This document shows, in pieces, positions 28,312 to 37,756 of a DNA stretch of 64,000 nucleotides. Origin of the DNA: Gemmiger formicilis (lineage in GTDB: Bacteria; Bacillota_I; Bacilli_A; RFN20; CAG-826). How positions within the stretch are numbered: the first letter of the stretch is position 1; each line of letters begins with the position of its first letter. The DNA lies in NCBI GenBank assembly GCA_963626345.1, contig CAVFXI010000017.1:14149-78148 (forward strand), read 5' to 3'. A model generated the notes under the pieces. It saw only the letters and a program-made list of their open reading frames with translations. It was not told the origin of the DNA and made no database searches. Both the position numbers and the translations under genes were made by a program.

Positions 28312-28914
28312 CTATAATAATCTGTTGTAGTATTCAACGATTTGAGATTCTTGAATTTCTGGAGTTAATTCATTTCTCTCTGGTAATCTAACAAATTTGC
28401 AAGTTTTCTTTTCAGCATCTAATTCAACGTATTTAACAGTTGCTTCATTTTTAGCAAGTGAATCTTTAATAACTTTTAAATCTTGACTGCTTTCTTTAAT
28501 ACTGATAACATCACCAACTTTACAAATAACGCTTGGAATATCAACTTTTTTACCATTAACACAAATGTGTCCGTGATTAACAAGTTGTCTTGCAGCTTTT
28601 CTAGTTGGAGCGAAGTTAGCTCTGAAAACTAAATTATCTAATCTTGATTCAAGAATTCTCATGAATGCAAGACCAGTAATTTCTCCTGACTTACTAGCAA
28701 TAATGAATAATCTACGGAATTGTCTTTCGTTAACTCCATACATATTTCTTAATTTTTGCTTTTCAGCTAATTGTTTTCCATATTCTGAAAGTTTTTTCTT
28801 GTCAGCGCCATGTTGACCAGGAGCAGTTTGTCTCTTTCTGAGTTCTTCTCCAGTTCCAAGAATTGAAAAACCTAATCTTCTAGATTGTTTCCAAACAGGT
28901 TTAGTATTTCTCAT
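28312..28914 (-). CDS. rpsD: 30S ribosomal protein S4
   Basis: 200 aa. Has a KQSRRLG-type N-terminus and an S4 RNA-binding domain (RLDNLVFRANFAPTRKAARQLVNHGHI). Confidence 0.97.
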   Translation of the reverse strand: MRNTKPVWKQSRRLGFSILGTGEELRKRQTAPGQHGADKKKLSEYGKQLAEKQKLRNMYGVNERQFRRLFIIASKSGEITGLAFMRILESRLDNLVFRANFAPTRKAARQLVNHGHICVNGKKVDIPSVICKVGDVISIKESSQDLKVIKDSLAKNEATVKYVELDAEKKTCKFVRLPERNELTPEIQESQIVEYYNRLL

Positions 28915-29082
28915 ATGTTTGATTTCTCCTTTCTTTATATTTGCACATAAAGATCGGTTTAAATTCCATTCTTCGACTGAAGTAATTAGAGATTTCGCCT
29001 TTTAAGCATAGGTTACTTTACTTCCTTTTTGGTCACTTCATCAGACAAGAAGTATTTAAATGCTTCATTTATATGCCCATAA

Positions 29083-29111
29083 AATATACATAATTTTGAA
29101 AATATTTTCAA
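29083..29111 (-). promoter_or_regulatory. candidate sigma-A promoter of rpsD (-35 TTGAAA, 17-nt spacer, -10 TATATT)
   Basis: Read on the minus strand, TTGAAA is at 29111-29106 and TATATT at 29088-29083. This implies a 5' leader of about 160 nt. Confidence 0.45.
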
Positions 29112-29222
29112 TAGTTTTATGGATGGCGAAAAAATTATCAAGCAATATCTTTTTTAAACAATAGTAAATAATGCCTTTTTAGTATAAAATACTAAATGTA
29201 TAAAAAAAGAAGGTAATTTGTT

Positions 29223-30983
29223 ATGAATATTTTTAATTGGAAACCATTTGTTTTAGCAGACGAAACTAACACTGGATTAGTTATTTTGATTGTTGTTCTT
29301 TCAATAGTTGGAGTTATCTTATTAATCACAGGCTATTTATTACTTGATAAATATTTTTTCAGTAAGAAAAGAGAAAAATCTCAACTTAAAGCTTTAGAAA
29401 GAAAATATGAATATTTACATTCATTATTAACTGGTCAAGATTTCCAATATGTTCAAAGAATTGAAATTATTTCTAGAACAAATTTACTTTATTGCGATAT
29501 CTACTCGGTTTATTTAAAACGCTATAACGATATTAGAGATAACCAAGAAAGCAAAGTTACTGAGATTTTGAATGAATTAGCCCATTTATTAGATAAAGCT
29601 AATAATAAAGAATTTAAAAAAGTTTATAAAAAAGCTCAAGCAGTTCTTTCTGCTTTTGAAGAATCAGTTAATTCATTTAATAATGATTTACTTGGTGTTA
29701 TTAAACCAGAAGAAGATGCTAGACAAAATAGTCTTGGATTGAAGGATACTTTTAGAGATGTTAAGTCGAAATATAACCTTCACGAAGAAGAACTTGGTTT
29801 TGTTAATGATACATTCAATAAAGTTTTTACAACAATTGATGAAAGATTTACAAAATTTGAAGCTTTAATTGAAACTGCTGATTATGAAGAAGCTAATAAC
29901 TTACTTCCAGAAATCAGTGATGTTTTAAAAGTTTGCGATAAATTAATTGATTCAGTACCTCCATTAATTAAAAGAGTTAATGAAATCATTCCTGATGAAT
30001 TGAACACAATCACTGAACACTATAACAAATTAATTGGTGAATCATATCCATTAAAACATGTTGGTTTTGAAACCATGAAAAATGATGTTGAACTTGGTCT
30101 TGAAGAAGTTAGAAATGCTCTTGTTGAACTTAAAATCACGAATCTTGATGCAAAACTTAATAATCTTGATGATGAAATTAGACATGTAGAAGAGATGCTT
30201 GTTAAAGAAGAAGATGCAGCTAATGAATTTAATGGAAACGTTGAAAGAGTTTACAATTCATTTAATGACCTTGAAAAAGAATTTATTAAAGTTAGAAACA
30301 ATATGGCTAAATATTCAAAGTACTATATTGTTGATGATGTCCATCAAGCTGAATTAAAAGATATTCAAAAGAATTTGGATGATGTTGCAAAAGACAAGAG
30401 AAGACTTGATATGTATGTTCACTCTCTTGAAAAAACTCCATATACAATTTTAATTGTTAAAATGAGGGATCTTGATAATGGTACAACTGACTTATTTGAT
30501 AGATTTAATAGATTTAAAGAATACTTAAATTCTTTAAAGACCGATACAGAAGATGCGTTCTCAACTATTAATTTACTTTATTTCAAACTTAAAGAATGTG
30601 AGCAAACTTTAAGAGGTTTTAATAATGAAGAATTTAGCGATAAATTTAATGATGATATTGATAAATCATATAAGATTATTGATGATGTCATTATTTTACT
30701 TAAATCTGTTCCAATCAATGTAAATTTAGTTAACTCAAATATGCAAGATTTAACCGACAAAACTAATATTATTTTTGGTAGAGTTAGTGATGCAAAAAAA
30801 TATTACGATTTATCAAAAGATGAAATTATGTATTTAAATCGTGAAAGAGTTAAATTTAGCGATATTAATATTCAACTTACTCAAGCCGAAAGTTTATTCT
30901 TAAATGGTGATTATTCTCAATGCTATTTAATGGTTGAAGATGTTAAAAAGAAAATCGAAGCAAAAGACAATTTAACTGATTAA
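29223..30983 (+). CDS. ezrA: septation ring formation regulator EzrA
   Basis: 586 aa with a single N-terminal TM helix followed by long coiled-coil repeats. The size and architecture are typical of EzrA. Confidence 0.85.
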   Translation: MNIFNWKPFVLADETNTGLVILIVVLSIVGVILLITGYLLLDKYFFSKKREKSQLKALERKYEYLHSLLTGQDFQYVQRIEIISRTNLLYCDIYSVYLKRYNDIRDNQESKVTEILNELAHLLDKANNKEFKKVYKKAQAVLSAFEESVNSFNNDLLGVIKPEEDARQNSLGLKDTFRDVKSKYNLHEEELGFVNDTFNKVFTTIDERFTKFEALIETADYEEANNLLPEISDVLKVCDKLIDSVPPLIKRVNEIIPDELNTITEHYNKLIGESYPLKHVGFETMKNDVELGLEEVRNALVELKITNLDAKLNNLDDEIRHVEEMLVKEEDAANEFNGNVERVYNSFNDLEKEFIKVRNNMAKYSKYYIVDDVHQAELKDIQKNLDDVAKDKRRLDMYVHSLEKTPYTILIVKMRDLDNGTTDLFDRFNRFKEYLNSLKTDTEDAFSTINLLYFKLKECEQTLRGFNNEEFSDKFNDDIDKSYKIIDDVIILLKSVPINVNLVNSNMQDLTDKTNIIFGRVSDAKKYYDLSKDEIMYLNRERVKFSDINIQLTQAESLFLNGDYSQCYLMVEDVKKKIEAKDNLTD

Positions 30984-30986
30984 TTT

Positions 30987-32111
30987 ATGATTTATTTTGA
31001 TAATGCTTCTACAACAAAACCTCGAGAGGAAGTTTTAAAAGAGTTTGAAAGAGCTTCGAGGGAAAATTTTGCAAACCCTAATTCTATTCATAAATTAGCA
31101 ATGGAAAATGCTGCAAATATTGAAAGAATTAAAAATAATATTTTAAAAAACCTTAAACTTGATAATAAAAAATATGATGTAGTTTTTACAAGTGGTGCTA
31201 CTGAATCAAATAATTTAGCGATTTATGGTTTTTGTATACGAAACAAGAAAAGATTTAATCACATTTTGACTTCAAATTATGAGCACGCAAGTGTTTTAAA
31301 TGTTTTTAAAGAATTAGAAGCATTAGGATTTAAAGTTGATTATATTAAAGTTAATAATGAAGGCGTTATAGATTTAGAAGATTTAAAAGCTCATCTTGAT
31401 GGAAAACCAGTTTTTGTATCTTTTATGGGTGTGAATAACGAAATTGGAACAGTAAATGATTTAAAAACTATTCGAAATATAATTGGTCAAGATAGTGTTT
31501 TTCATAGTGATTTAGTTCAAGGAATTGGCAAAGCAAAACTTGATCTAAATTCTTTAGATATGTTTACTTTTACTGGGCATAAAATATATGGATTAAAAGG
31601 TTGTGGTGCATTAGTGAAAAAGAAGACCATCAATCTTGAAAAAATCATATATGGTGGTGGTCAACAACATGATTTAAGAAGTGGAACTTTAGACTATCCA
31701 TCAATTTGCGCTCTTAATGTTGCTCTTGAATTATTAATGAAAGAAGAAAACGAAGAGTACAAAAAAATAAAAGAAATACACGATTATTTAGTTGATGAAT
31801 TAAAGAATATTGATGGAGTTAGAGTCCATGATTTTAAAACTTCAACTCCTTATATTGTAAGTCTTAGTTTAACAAAGAAAAAAGCTTCTGTAGTTGTTGA
31901 AGGTTTATCAAATAAAGATATTTTTGTTAATAGTGAATCAGCATGTTATTCAAAAAGCGATGAAAAAAGTTATGTTTTAATTAGTATTGGTTGTAACGAG
32001 ATTGAAGCAAGTAATCCAATTCGTATTTCGTTAGGGATGTACAATACATTAGATGAAGCAAAAATATTCATAAAAGAATTTAAAGAAATATTAGAATCCA
32101 TAAGGAGTTAG
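30987..32111 (+). CDS. class V aminotransferase / cysteine desulfurase (NifS/IscS-like)
   Basis: Candidate PLP-lysine motif TGHKIYGLKG. The gene is coupled to thiI, the usual sulfur-donor arrangement in Bacillota. Confidence 0.85.
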   Translation: MIYFDNASTTKPREEVLKEFERASRENFANPNSIHKLAMENAANIERIKNNILKNLKLDNKKYDVVFTSGATESNNLAIYGFCIRNKKRFNHILTSNYEHASVLNVFKELEALGFKVDYIKVNNEGVIDLEDLKAHLDGKPVFVSFMGVNNEIGTVNDLKTIRNIIGQDSVFHSDLVQGIGKAKLDLNSLDMFTFTGHKIYGLKGCGALVKKKTINLEKIIYGGGQQHDLRSGTLDYPSICALNVALELLMKEENEEYKKIKEIHDYLVDELKNIDGVRVHDFKTSTPYIVSLSLTKKKASVVVEGLSNKDIFVNSESACYSKSDEKSYVLISIGCNEIEASNPIRISLGMYNTLDEAKIFIKEFKEILESIRS

Positions 32112-32116
32112 TTTGT

Positions 32117-33289
32117 ATGAATTACAATTCAATTATTATTAGATTTGGTGAAATGTCCACTAAAGGAAAAAACAAAAAAGATTTTATTTTTTCGTTAGCA
32201 AGATCAATAAAGCAAAATTTAAAACCATATGAAGATAAATATAATATGATTGTTCGTCATGATCATATTTATATTGATCTAAAAGAAGAAAATTTAGACA
32301 TTATCAAAGAATTAAAAGAAATACCTGGCATGTATAGTTTTTCTTTGTGCTTGAAAGTTGTTGATGATGTTGAACTTGAAAATATTGAAAAGATTGTTTT
32401 AAAAGAAATTTTAACTGAAGATGGCAAAACTTTTAAAATGAGGACAAAGAGAATTGATAAATCATATCCTTATACAAGTGATGATATAAATAGAGAAATT
32501 GCCGGATACATCTTAAGAAATTCAGACTTGAAAGTTGATGTTCATAATCCTGATATTTTATTTAGTATTGAAGTCCATTCAGAAGGTTTTTATTTATTTA
32601 CGCAAACAATTAAAGGGATGGGCGGGTATCCAAAAGGATCAATTGGTAGAGGTCTTATGATGCTTAGTGGTGGAATTGATTCGCCAGTTGCTTCTTATTT
32701 ATTACTTAAAAGAGGTGTTGAATTATCATTTATACACTTTGCTGCACCTCCATACACAAATAGTGGTGTAATTCAAAAATTGGAAGATTTATTAACTGTT
32801 TTAAGTGAATATCAAACTAAAATTAAACTTTATATTATTCCATTTACAAAATTACAAGAAGAAATATATAAATATAGTGATGTCGGTTACCCAATTACTA
32901 TCATGAGAAGAATGATGTATAGAATAGCCGCAAAACTTGCTAAAGAAAAACACATTCCAGTAATTTGCAGTGGTGAATCGATTGGACAAGTTGCAAGTCA
33001 AACTTTAGAAAGCATGAATGTCATTAATGAAGTTACAAATATGCCAGTTATTAGACCTCTTGCAACTACTGATAAAGTCGATATTATTCAAATATCTAAA
33101 GATATTGGAACATATGATATTTCAATTAGACCTTATGAAGATTGCTGTACAATTTTTGCACCTGTAAAGCCAAAAACTGCACCACATCTTGATGATTGTT
33201 TGGAAATTGAAAAGAAATTTGATTATGAAACGCTTGTAAATGAGTGTGTTGCCAATGCTGAACTAAAAGTTATCAAACGTGAATTTTAA
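32117..33289 (+). CDS. thiI: tRNA 4-thiouridine(8) synthase ThiI
   Basis: THUMP N-terminal part and PP-loop LSGGIDSPVA. No rhodanese domain, as is typical of Bacillota. Confidence 0.92.
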   Translation: MNYNSIIIRFGEMSTKGKNKKDFIFSLARSIKQNLKPYEDKYNMIVRHDHIYIDLKEENLDIIKELKEIPGMYSFSLCLKVVDDVELENIEKIVLKEILTEDGKTFKMRTKRIDKSYPYTSDDINREIAGYILRNSDLKVDVHNPDILFSIEVHSEGFYLFTQTIKGMGGYPKGSIGRGLMMLSGGIDSPVASYLLLKRGVELSFIHFAAPPYTNSGVIQKLEDLLTVLSEYQTKIKLYIIPFTKLQEEIYKYSDVGYPITIMRRMMYRIAAKLAKEKHIPVICSGESIGQVASQTLESMNVINEVTNMPVIRPLATTDKVDIIQISKDIGTYDISIRPYEDCCTIFAPVKPKTAPHLDDCLEIEKKFDYETLVNECVANAELKVIKREF

Positions 33290-33442
33290 TTGATTCAATC
33301 TTATAATTTAAAAAACAAATAAGATTTAAAATTAATTTTTTATTACATTTTATAAAAAACTATAAATTATTTTCTTTTGTTATGAGAGAATAAATTCCCA
33401 TAGGATGTTAATTTCATCCAATTAGTAAAGGATAAAACAACT

Positions 33443-35554
33443 ATGGCAACAAAAAAGATTGAAAATTCAAAAAGAGAAGATGTTATCGATTTATTTGGCT
33501 CAAATTCATTTAATGAAAAAGCTAGAAAAGAATATCTATCTGAAGACGCTTATAAGGCCTTAGATGAGGCTATATACACACATAAAGAATTGCCTAAAGA
33601 ATATGCTGATGATGTGGCTGATGGTATGTTAAAATGGGCTCTTTCTAAAGGAGCAACTCATTTTACTCATTGGTTCCAACCATTAAATGGTCTATCGGCT
33701 GAAAAACACGATGCATTCATTGGAAAACCAGACAAGGATGGCAATATTCATTATGATTTTAAGGGAAACGAATTAATAAAAGGTGAACCTGATGCTTCTT
33801 CTTTTCCTTCTGGAGGACTTCGTGCCACTTTTGAAGCAAGAGGTTATACTGTTTGGGATGCTTCCTCTCCAGCTTTCGTTTTGGATGATGACGATGATGG
33901 TGCGGTTTTATATATTCCAACAGCTTTTTGTTCATATAATGGTGAAGCGCTCGATGGAAAAACTCCACTTTTGCGTTCTGAAGAAGCTTTATCTGAAGCA
34001 GCAATTCGTGTTCTTCGTTTACTAGGCGATAATGAAAGCAAACGTGTATTTTCATATGCTGGAGCAGAGCAAGAATATTTTTTAATTGATAAAGAAGAAT
34101 ACCTTAAAAGAAAAGATATCGTATACACAGGACGTACACTTTTTGGCGCAAGCGCTCCAAAAGGGCAAGAATTAGATGACCATTATTTTGGTCCGATAAG
34201 AGAAAAAATTTCCTCATACATGAAAGAAGTAAATGAAATTTTATGGAAATTAGGAATTCCTGCTAAAACTGAACATAATGAGGTTGCTCAATCTCAACAT
34301 GAATTAGCTTGCATATACGAAACTGCTTCTCTTGCTTCTGATCAAAATCAATTAGTAATGAGAATTTTAAAAAGAGTAGCAAAACGCCATGGAATGGTTT
34401 GTCTTTTATCTGAAAAACCATTTGAAGGAATTAATGGTTCTGGTAAACATAATAACTGGTCACTTGGTACTGATACTGGAATAAATCTTTTTAAGCCTGG
34501 AAAAGATCCAAAAAATAATGTTAGATTTATGGTCTTTTTGGCTGTTGTTATTAGAGGAGTTGATTTATATGCTGATTTACTTAGAGAATCAGTTGCATCT
34601 TATGGAAATGATTTCCGTTTAGGTGCAAATGAAGCGCCACCAGCTATTATTTCTATTTATCTTGGAGACCACTTAACTAAATTAGTAACTGGTGAAGAAG
34701 ATATTGAACAAACATTCAAAACTATTAATGGTAGCAAATCTCTTCCAACACTTTTTAAAGATGATGCTGATAGAAATAGAACATCACCATTTGCTTTCAC
34801 AGGCAATCGTTTTGAATTCCGTATGGTTGGTTCAGAACAAAATATTGCCGAACCAAATACTTATATAAATGCAATTGTCACTGATGGTTTAAATGAGATT
34901 GCATCGATACTTGATCATTCATCTTCAAAAGAAAAGGATGCTCTTGCTTGGGCAAAAGAAACAATCAAGAAACATCAACGCATTATTTTTAATGGCAATG
35001 GTTATTCTAAAGAATGGGAAAAAGAAGCGCTTAGTCGTGGGCTTCCTAATTTAAAAACAACACCTGAAGCTATTTCGGCTTTTACCAGAAAAGAAAATAG
35101 AGAACTTTTAACAAAAAATAATATATTAAGTGAAACAGAAATTGATTCTCGTGAAGCAATTAAATATCAAGATTATCATTCAAAAGCTGTTATAGAAGCA
35201 AAAACAATGTCACGTATGGTTCATAAATTATATTTGCCAGCAATAAATAAAGCTCTTGAAAAAGTTGCTAAACTAAATTCTTATTACAAAACGAATATAG
35301 CTGAAGTTGATGAAGAACAACACAATTTAGAAGCTGTCCTTAGTAAATCTTACACATCTCTTAAAAGACTTGATGCATTGATTAAAGAAGATAACGATAT
35401 GATAACTAGCGAAAAAGAACATGCAATATTTGTGTCTAAAAAACTTAAAGATGAAATGTTTAATCTTCGTAAAGCTATTGATGAAGCTGAATTATTAGTT
35501 GCAAAAGAAGATTGGCCTGTACCAACCTATGGTGATCTCTTGTTCCATTGTTAA
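33443..35554 (+). CDS. glnN: glutamine synthetase, type III
   Basis: 703 aa, the size of type III GS. The central catalytic region includes NGSGKHNNWS and an NRTSPFAFTGNRFEFR motif. Confidence 0.85.
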   Translation: MATKKIENSKREDVIDLFGSNSFNEKARKEYLSEDAYKALDEAIYTHKELPKEYADDVADGMLKWALSKGATHFTHWFQPLNGLSAEKHDAFIGKPDKDGNIHYDFKGNELIKGEPDASSFPSGGLRATFEARGYTVWDASSPAFVLDDDDDGAVLYIPTAFCSYNGEALDGKTPLLRSEEALSEAAIRVLRLLGDNESKRVFSYAGAEQEYFLIDKEEYLKRKDIVYTGRTLFGASAPKGQELDDHYFGPIREKISSYMKEVNEILWKLGIPAKTEHNEVAQSQHELACIYETASLASDQNQLVMRILKRVAKRHGMVCLLSEKPFEGINGSGKHNNWSLGTDTGINLFKPGKDPKNNVRFMVFLAVVIRGVDLYADLLRESVASYGNDFRLGANEAPPAIISIYLGDHLTKLVTGEEDIEQTFKTINGSKSLPTLFKDDADRNRTSPFAFTGNRFEFRMVGSEQNIAEPNTYINAIVTDGLNEIASILDHSSSKEKDALAWAKETIKKHQRIIFNGNGYSKEWEKEALSRGLPNLKTTPEAISAFTRKENRELLTKNNILSETEIDSREAIKYQDYHSKAVIEAKTMSRMVHKLYLPAINKALEKVAKLNSYYKTNIAEVDEEQHNLEAVLSKSYTSLKRLDALIKEDNDMITSEKEHAIFVSKKLKDEMFNLRKAIDEAELLVAKEDWPVPTYGDLLFHC

Positions 35555-35576
35555 TTATCAAATTAAAACAAAAATA

Positions 35577-35609
35577 AAAAGAAAAGGCGTTTGATACGCC
35601 TTTTCTTTT
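35577..35609. terminator. bidirectional terminator between glnN and the ABC permease gene
   Basis: AAAAGAAAAGGCGT-TTGAT-ACGCCTTTTCTTTT. Confidence 0.7.
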
Positions 35610-35633
35610 ATGAAAAATTCAAAAATTATAAAT

Positions 35634-36608
35634 TTATCTATCTTCTCTAAAATATGGAAGACCAAGTGCTTCTGGAGGCTGCACACCTTTTTTGCCAACG
35701 ATACTAGTAACAATAAGAACAATTACTGTAACAATATAAGGAATCATTTTGAAAGCTTGCATACTTGTAAAATCAATTCCTGATATTTTGTTTGGAAGAA
35801 TAAATAAAATACCAAATAAAATTGACCCAAATATTGCTAATGATGGTTTCCAAATTGTGAAGATTACAAGAGCAATTGATAACCAACCAAATGCTTGAAT
35901 CGTGGATGAATTTTCCCAGGATCCACCGACATAATCCATAACATAGAATAGGCCGCCAAAACCAGCAATTATTGATCCTGAAAGAATCGCTCCATATTTA
36001 TAAGCATTAACGTTAATTCCAGCTGCATCAGCTGCACCTGGATTTTCTCCAATAGAACGAAGGTTTAAACCAACGCGTGTTTTCTTTAAAAATATTGCAA
36101 CAATAATAGCAAGAATAATCGCAAAATATACTAGAAAACCATGCGCAAAGAAGATTTTCCCAAAAGTTCCTAAATTATTGGCCCATGATGGATATGAAGA
36201 AATAATTTTGCTGGCTTGCGAGAAGTAAGTTGAATCAACACTTGACATGAAATAATCAGCAACGCCTCCACCAAAAATTGTTAAAACTAATCCAGTAACA
36301 TTTTGATTGCAACGGAATGAAACAGTTAAAATTCCATATATAAAGCCTGCAATAGCTGAAAATAATGCGCTAAAAATTATTGGAATAAGTATTAATAAAA
36401 AATATGATGCGTTTTCAGGTGAAGAAGAATATCCGCTCATAACTAGAGAAACCCCGACACATCCACCTAAAGTTCCAAAACACATTACTCCTGGTATGCC
36501 TAAATTTAAGTGACCAGATTTTTCCATTATAATTTCGCCAACACAGCCAAATAAGAAGACTGTTGCAATAGAAATTGCTGAAGGCAATAAAGAATCAAAA
36601 AACATCAT
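35634..36608 (-). CDS. nucleoside/sugar-type ABC transporter permease (YufQ/NupQ-like)
   Basis: 324-aa polytopic membrane protein, last gene of the BMP-ABC operon. Confidence 0.85.
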   Translation of the reverse strand: MMFFDSLLPSAISIATVFLFGCVGEIIMEKSGHLNLGIPGVMCFGTLGGCVGVSLVMSGYSSSPENASYFLLILIPIIFSALFSAIAGFIYGILTVSFRCNQNVTGLVLTIFGGGVADYFMSSVDSTYFSQASKIISSYPSWANNLGTFGKIFFAHGFLVYFAIILAIIVAIFLKKTRVGLNLRSIGENPGAADAAGINVNAYKYGAILSGSIIAGFGGLFYVMDYVGGSWENSSTIQAFGWLSIALVIFTIWKPSLAIFGSILFGILFILPNKISGIDFTSMQAFKMIPYIVTVIVLIVTSIVGKKGVQPPEALGLPYFREDR

Positions 36609-37756
36609 TATTTTTCTCCTCCTTCATTAGTAGTAGCAGTAATTGTTTTACTTGCTTCTAGTGTATTTGTATTTATTGGTTTTCTTACAATTTTATAAGA
36701 AATAAAGAAATCGATAGCAATAATTGAAAAATAAACTAAACCAATAGCAATATCGCCGATTGAATCATTAGTGATTGAAAAAGCTGTTTGAATGGCAGAC
36801 ATACCATTGCTTAAAAACGCAACCAAGAATGAAGTACCAATCATCAACAAAGGATTAAATTTAGCAAGCCATGTGACCATAATAGCAGTAAATCCTAAAT
36901 TTCTTGCTGAATCAGCATTAATTGTATGATCGATTGAACCAGCGAGTAAAAAACCAACCAATCCACATAAAGCGCCAGAAATTGCTAATGTTCTAATTGT
37001 TACTAATTTAACGTTAATTCCAACATATTTTGCAGTTTTTCGTGATTCTCCAACAACTTCAAGTTCATATCCTGCTTTTCTAAATCTTAAATAAATTGTG
37101 ATGATAATCAAGATAGCAATAGCGAAAAGTATCGTTAATAAAGAATCATTTCCTGCTAAAGAAGGAAGATTTCCAGCTGTTTGCAAAGAAAGTGTTCCTG
37201 AACCTGAAGTAACAGCCACAGAAAGAAATACAGAAACTAAACCAGCTGCAATATAGTTCATCATTAATGTAAATAATGATTCATTTGTATTAAAGAATGA
37301 TTTAAAGATAGCAGGAATAATTGCCCATATTGCACCGGCAATAGTGGAAGAGAAAAACATTGCAATAATTATTATCCAATCAGGAATATTTTTACTTCCC
37401 ATATAAAACATGCACATAATCGCTGCTAAATCACCTATGAGTATTTGACCATTACCGCCTAAATTCCAAAATTTCATTTTAAAAGTAGGAACAAGCGCTA
37501 AGGCAACAATTAATACTAAAGCTAAGTCTCTAAAGGTTCTCCAAATTCTTCTTGGCGAAGAAAAACAACCAGCAAATAGATTAGAGATAACATCAATTGG
37601 GTTTGCTTTAGCAAATATTAAAAGTAGAATACAAAGAAGAACGAAGCCAAATAAAACTGCACCTGCTCTATAAAGTATTTTTTGCCAGAGGGGCATATCA
37701 TTTCTACGAATAATATGAAAAGGAATTTCTTTTAATTTTGTAGATAATTTATTCAT
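36608..37756 (-). CDS. ABC transporter permease (YufP/NupP-like)
   Basis: 382-aa polytopic membrane protein. Its stop overlaps the start of the next permease gene. Confidence 0.85.
   Translation of the reverse strand: MNKLSTKLKEIPFHIIRRNDMPLWQKILYRAGAVLFGFVLLCILLLIFAKANPIDVISNLFAGCFSSPRRIWRTFRDLALVLIVALALVPTFKMKFWNLGGNGQILIGDLAAIMCMFYMGSKNIPDWIIIIAMFFSSTIAGAIWAIIPAIFKSFFNTNESLFTLMMNYIAAGLVSVFLSVAVTSGSGTLSLQTAGNLPSLAGNDSLLTILFAIAILIIITIYLRFRKAGYELEVVGESRKTAKYVGINVKLVTIRTLAISGALCGLVGFLLAGSIDHTINADSARNLGFTAIMVTWLAKFNPLLMIGTSFLVAFLSNGMSAIQTAFSITNDSIGDIAIGLVYFSIIAIDFFISYKIVRKPINTNTLEASKTITATTNEGGEK

Noticed and set aside
33290-33442. A glutamine riboswitch or a GlnR/TnrA box (TGTNAN7TNACA) upstream of the glutamine synthetase gene.
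   Set aside because: TGTTA-type half-sites are present, but no matching TNACA partner occurs at the right spacing. I could find no glnA-RNA-like conserved core.
33759-34128. Three overlapping 80-98 aa ORFs inside the type III glutamine synthetase gene. One is His/Lys-rich and one is Ser-rich.
   Set aside because: They are shadow frames of a locally GC-richer stretch of glnN. They have no RBS, and the glnN frame is continuous with conserved motifs across this region.
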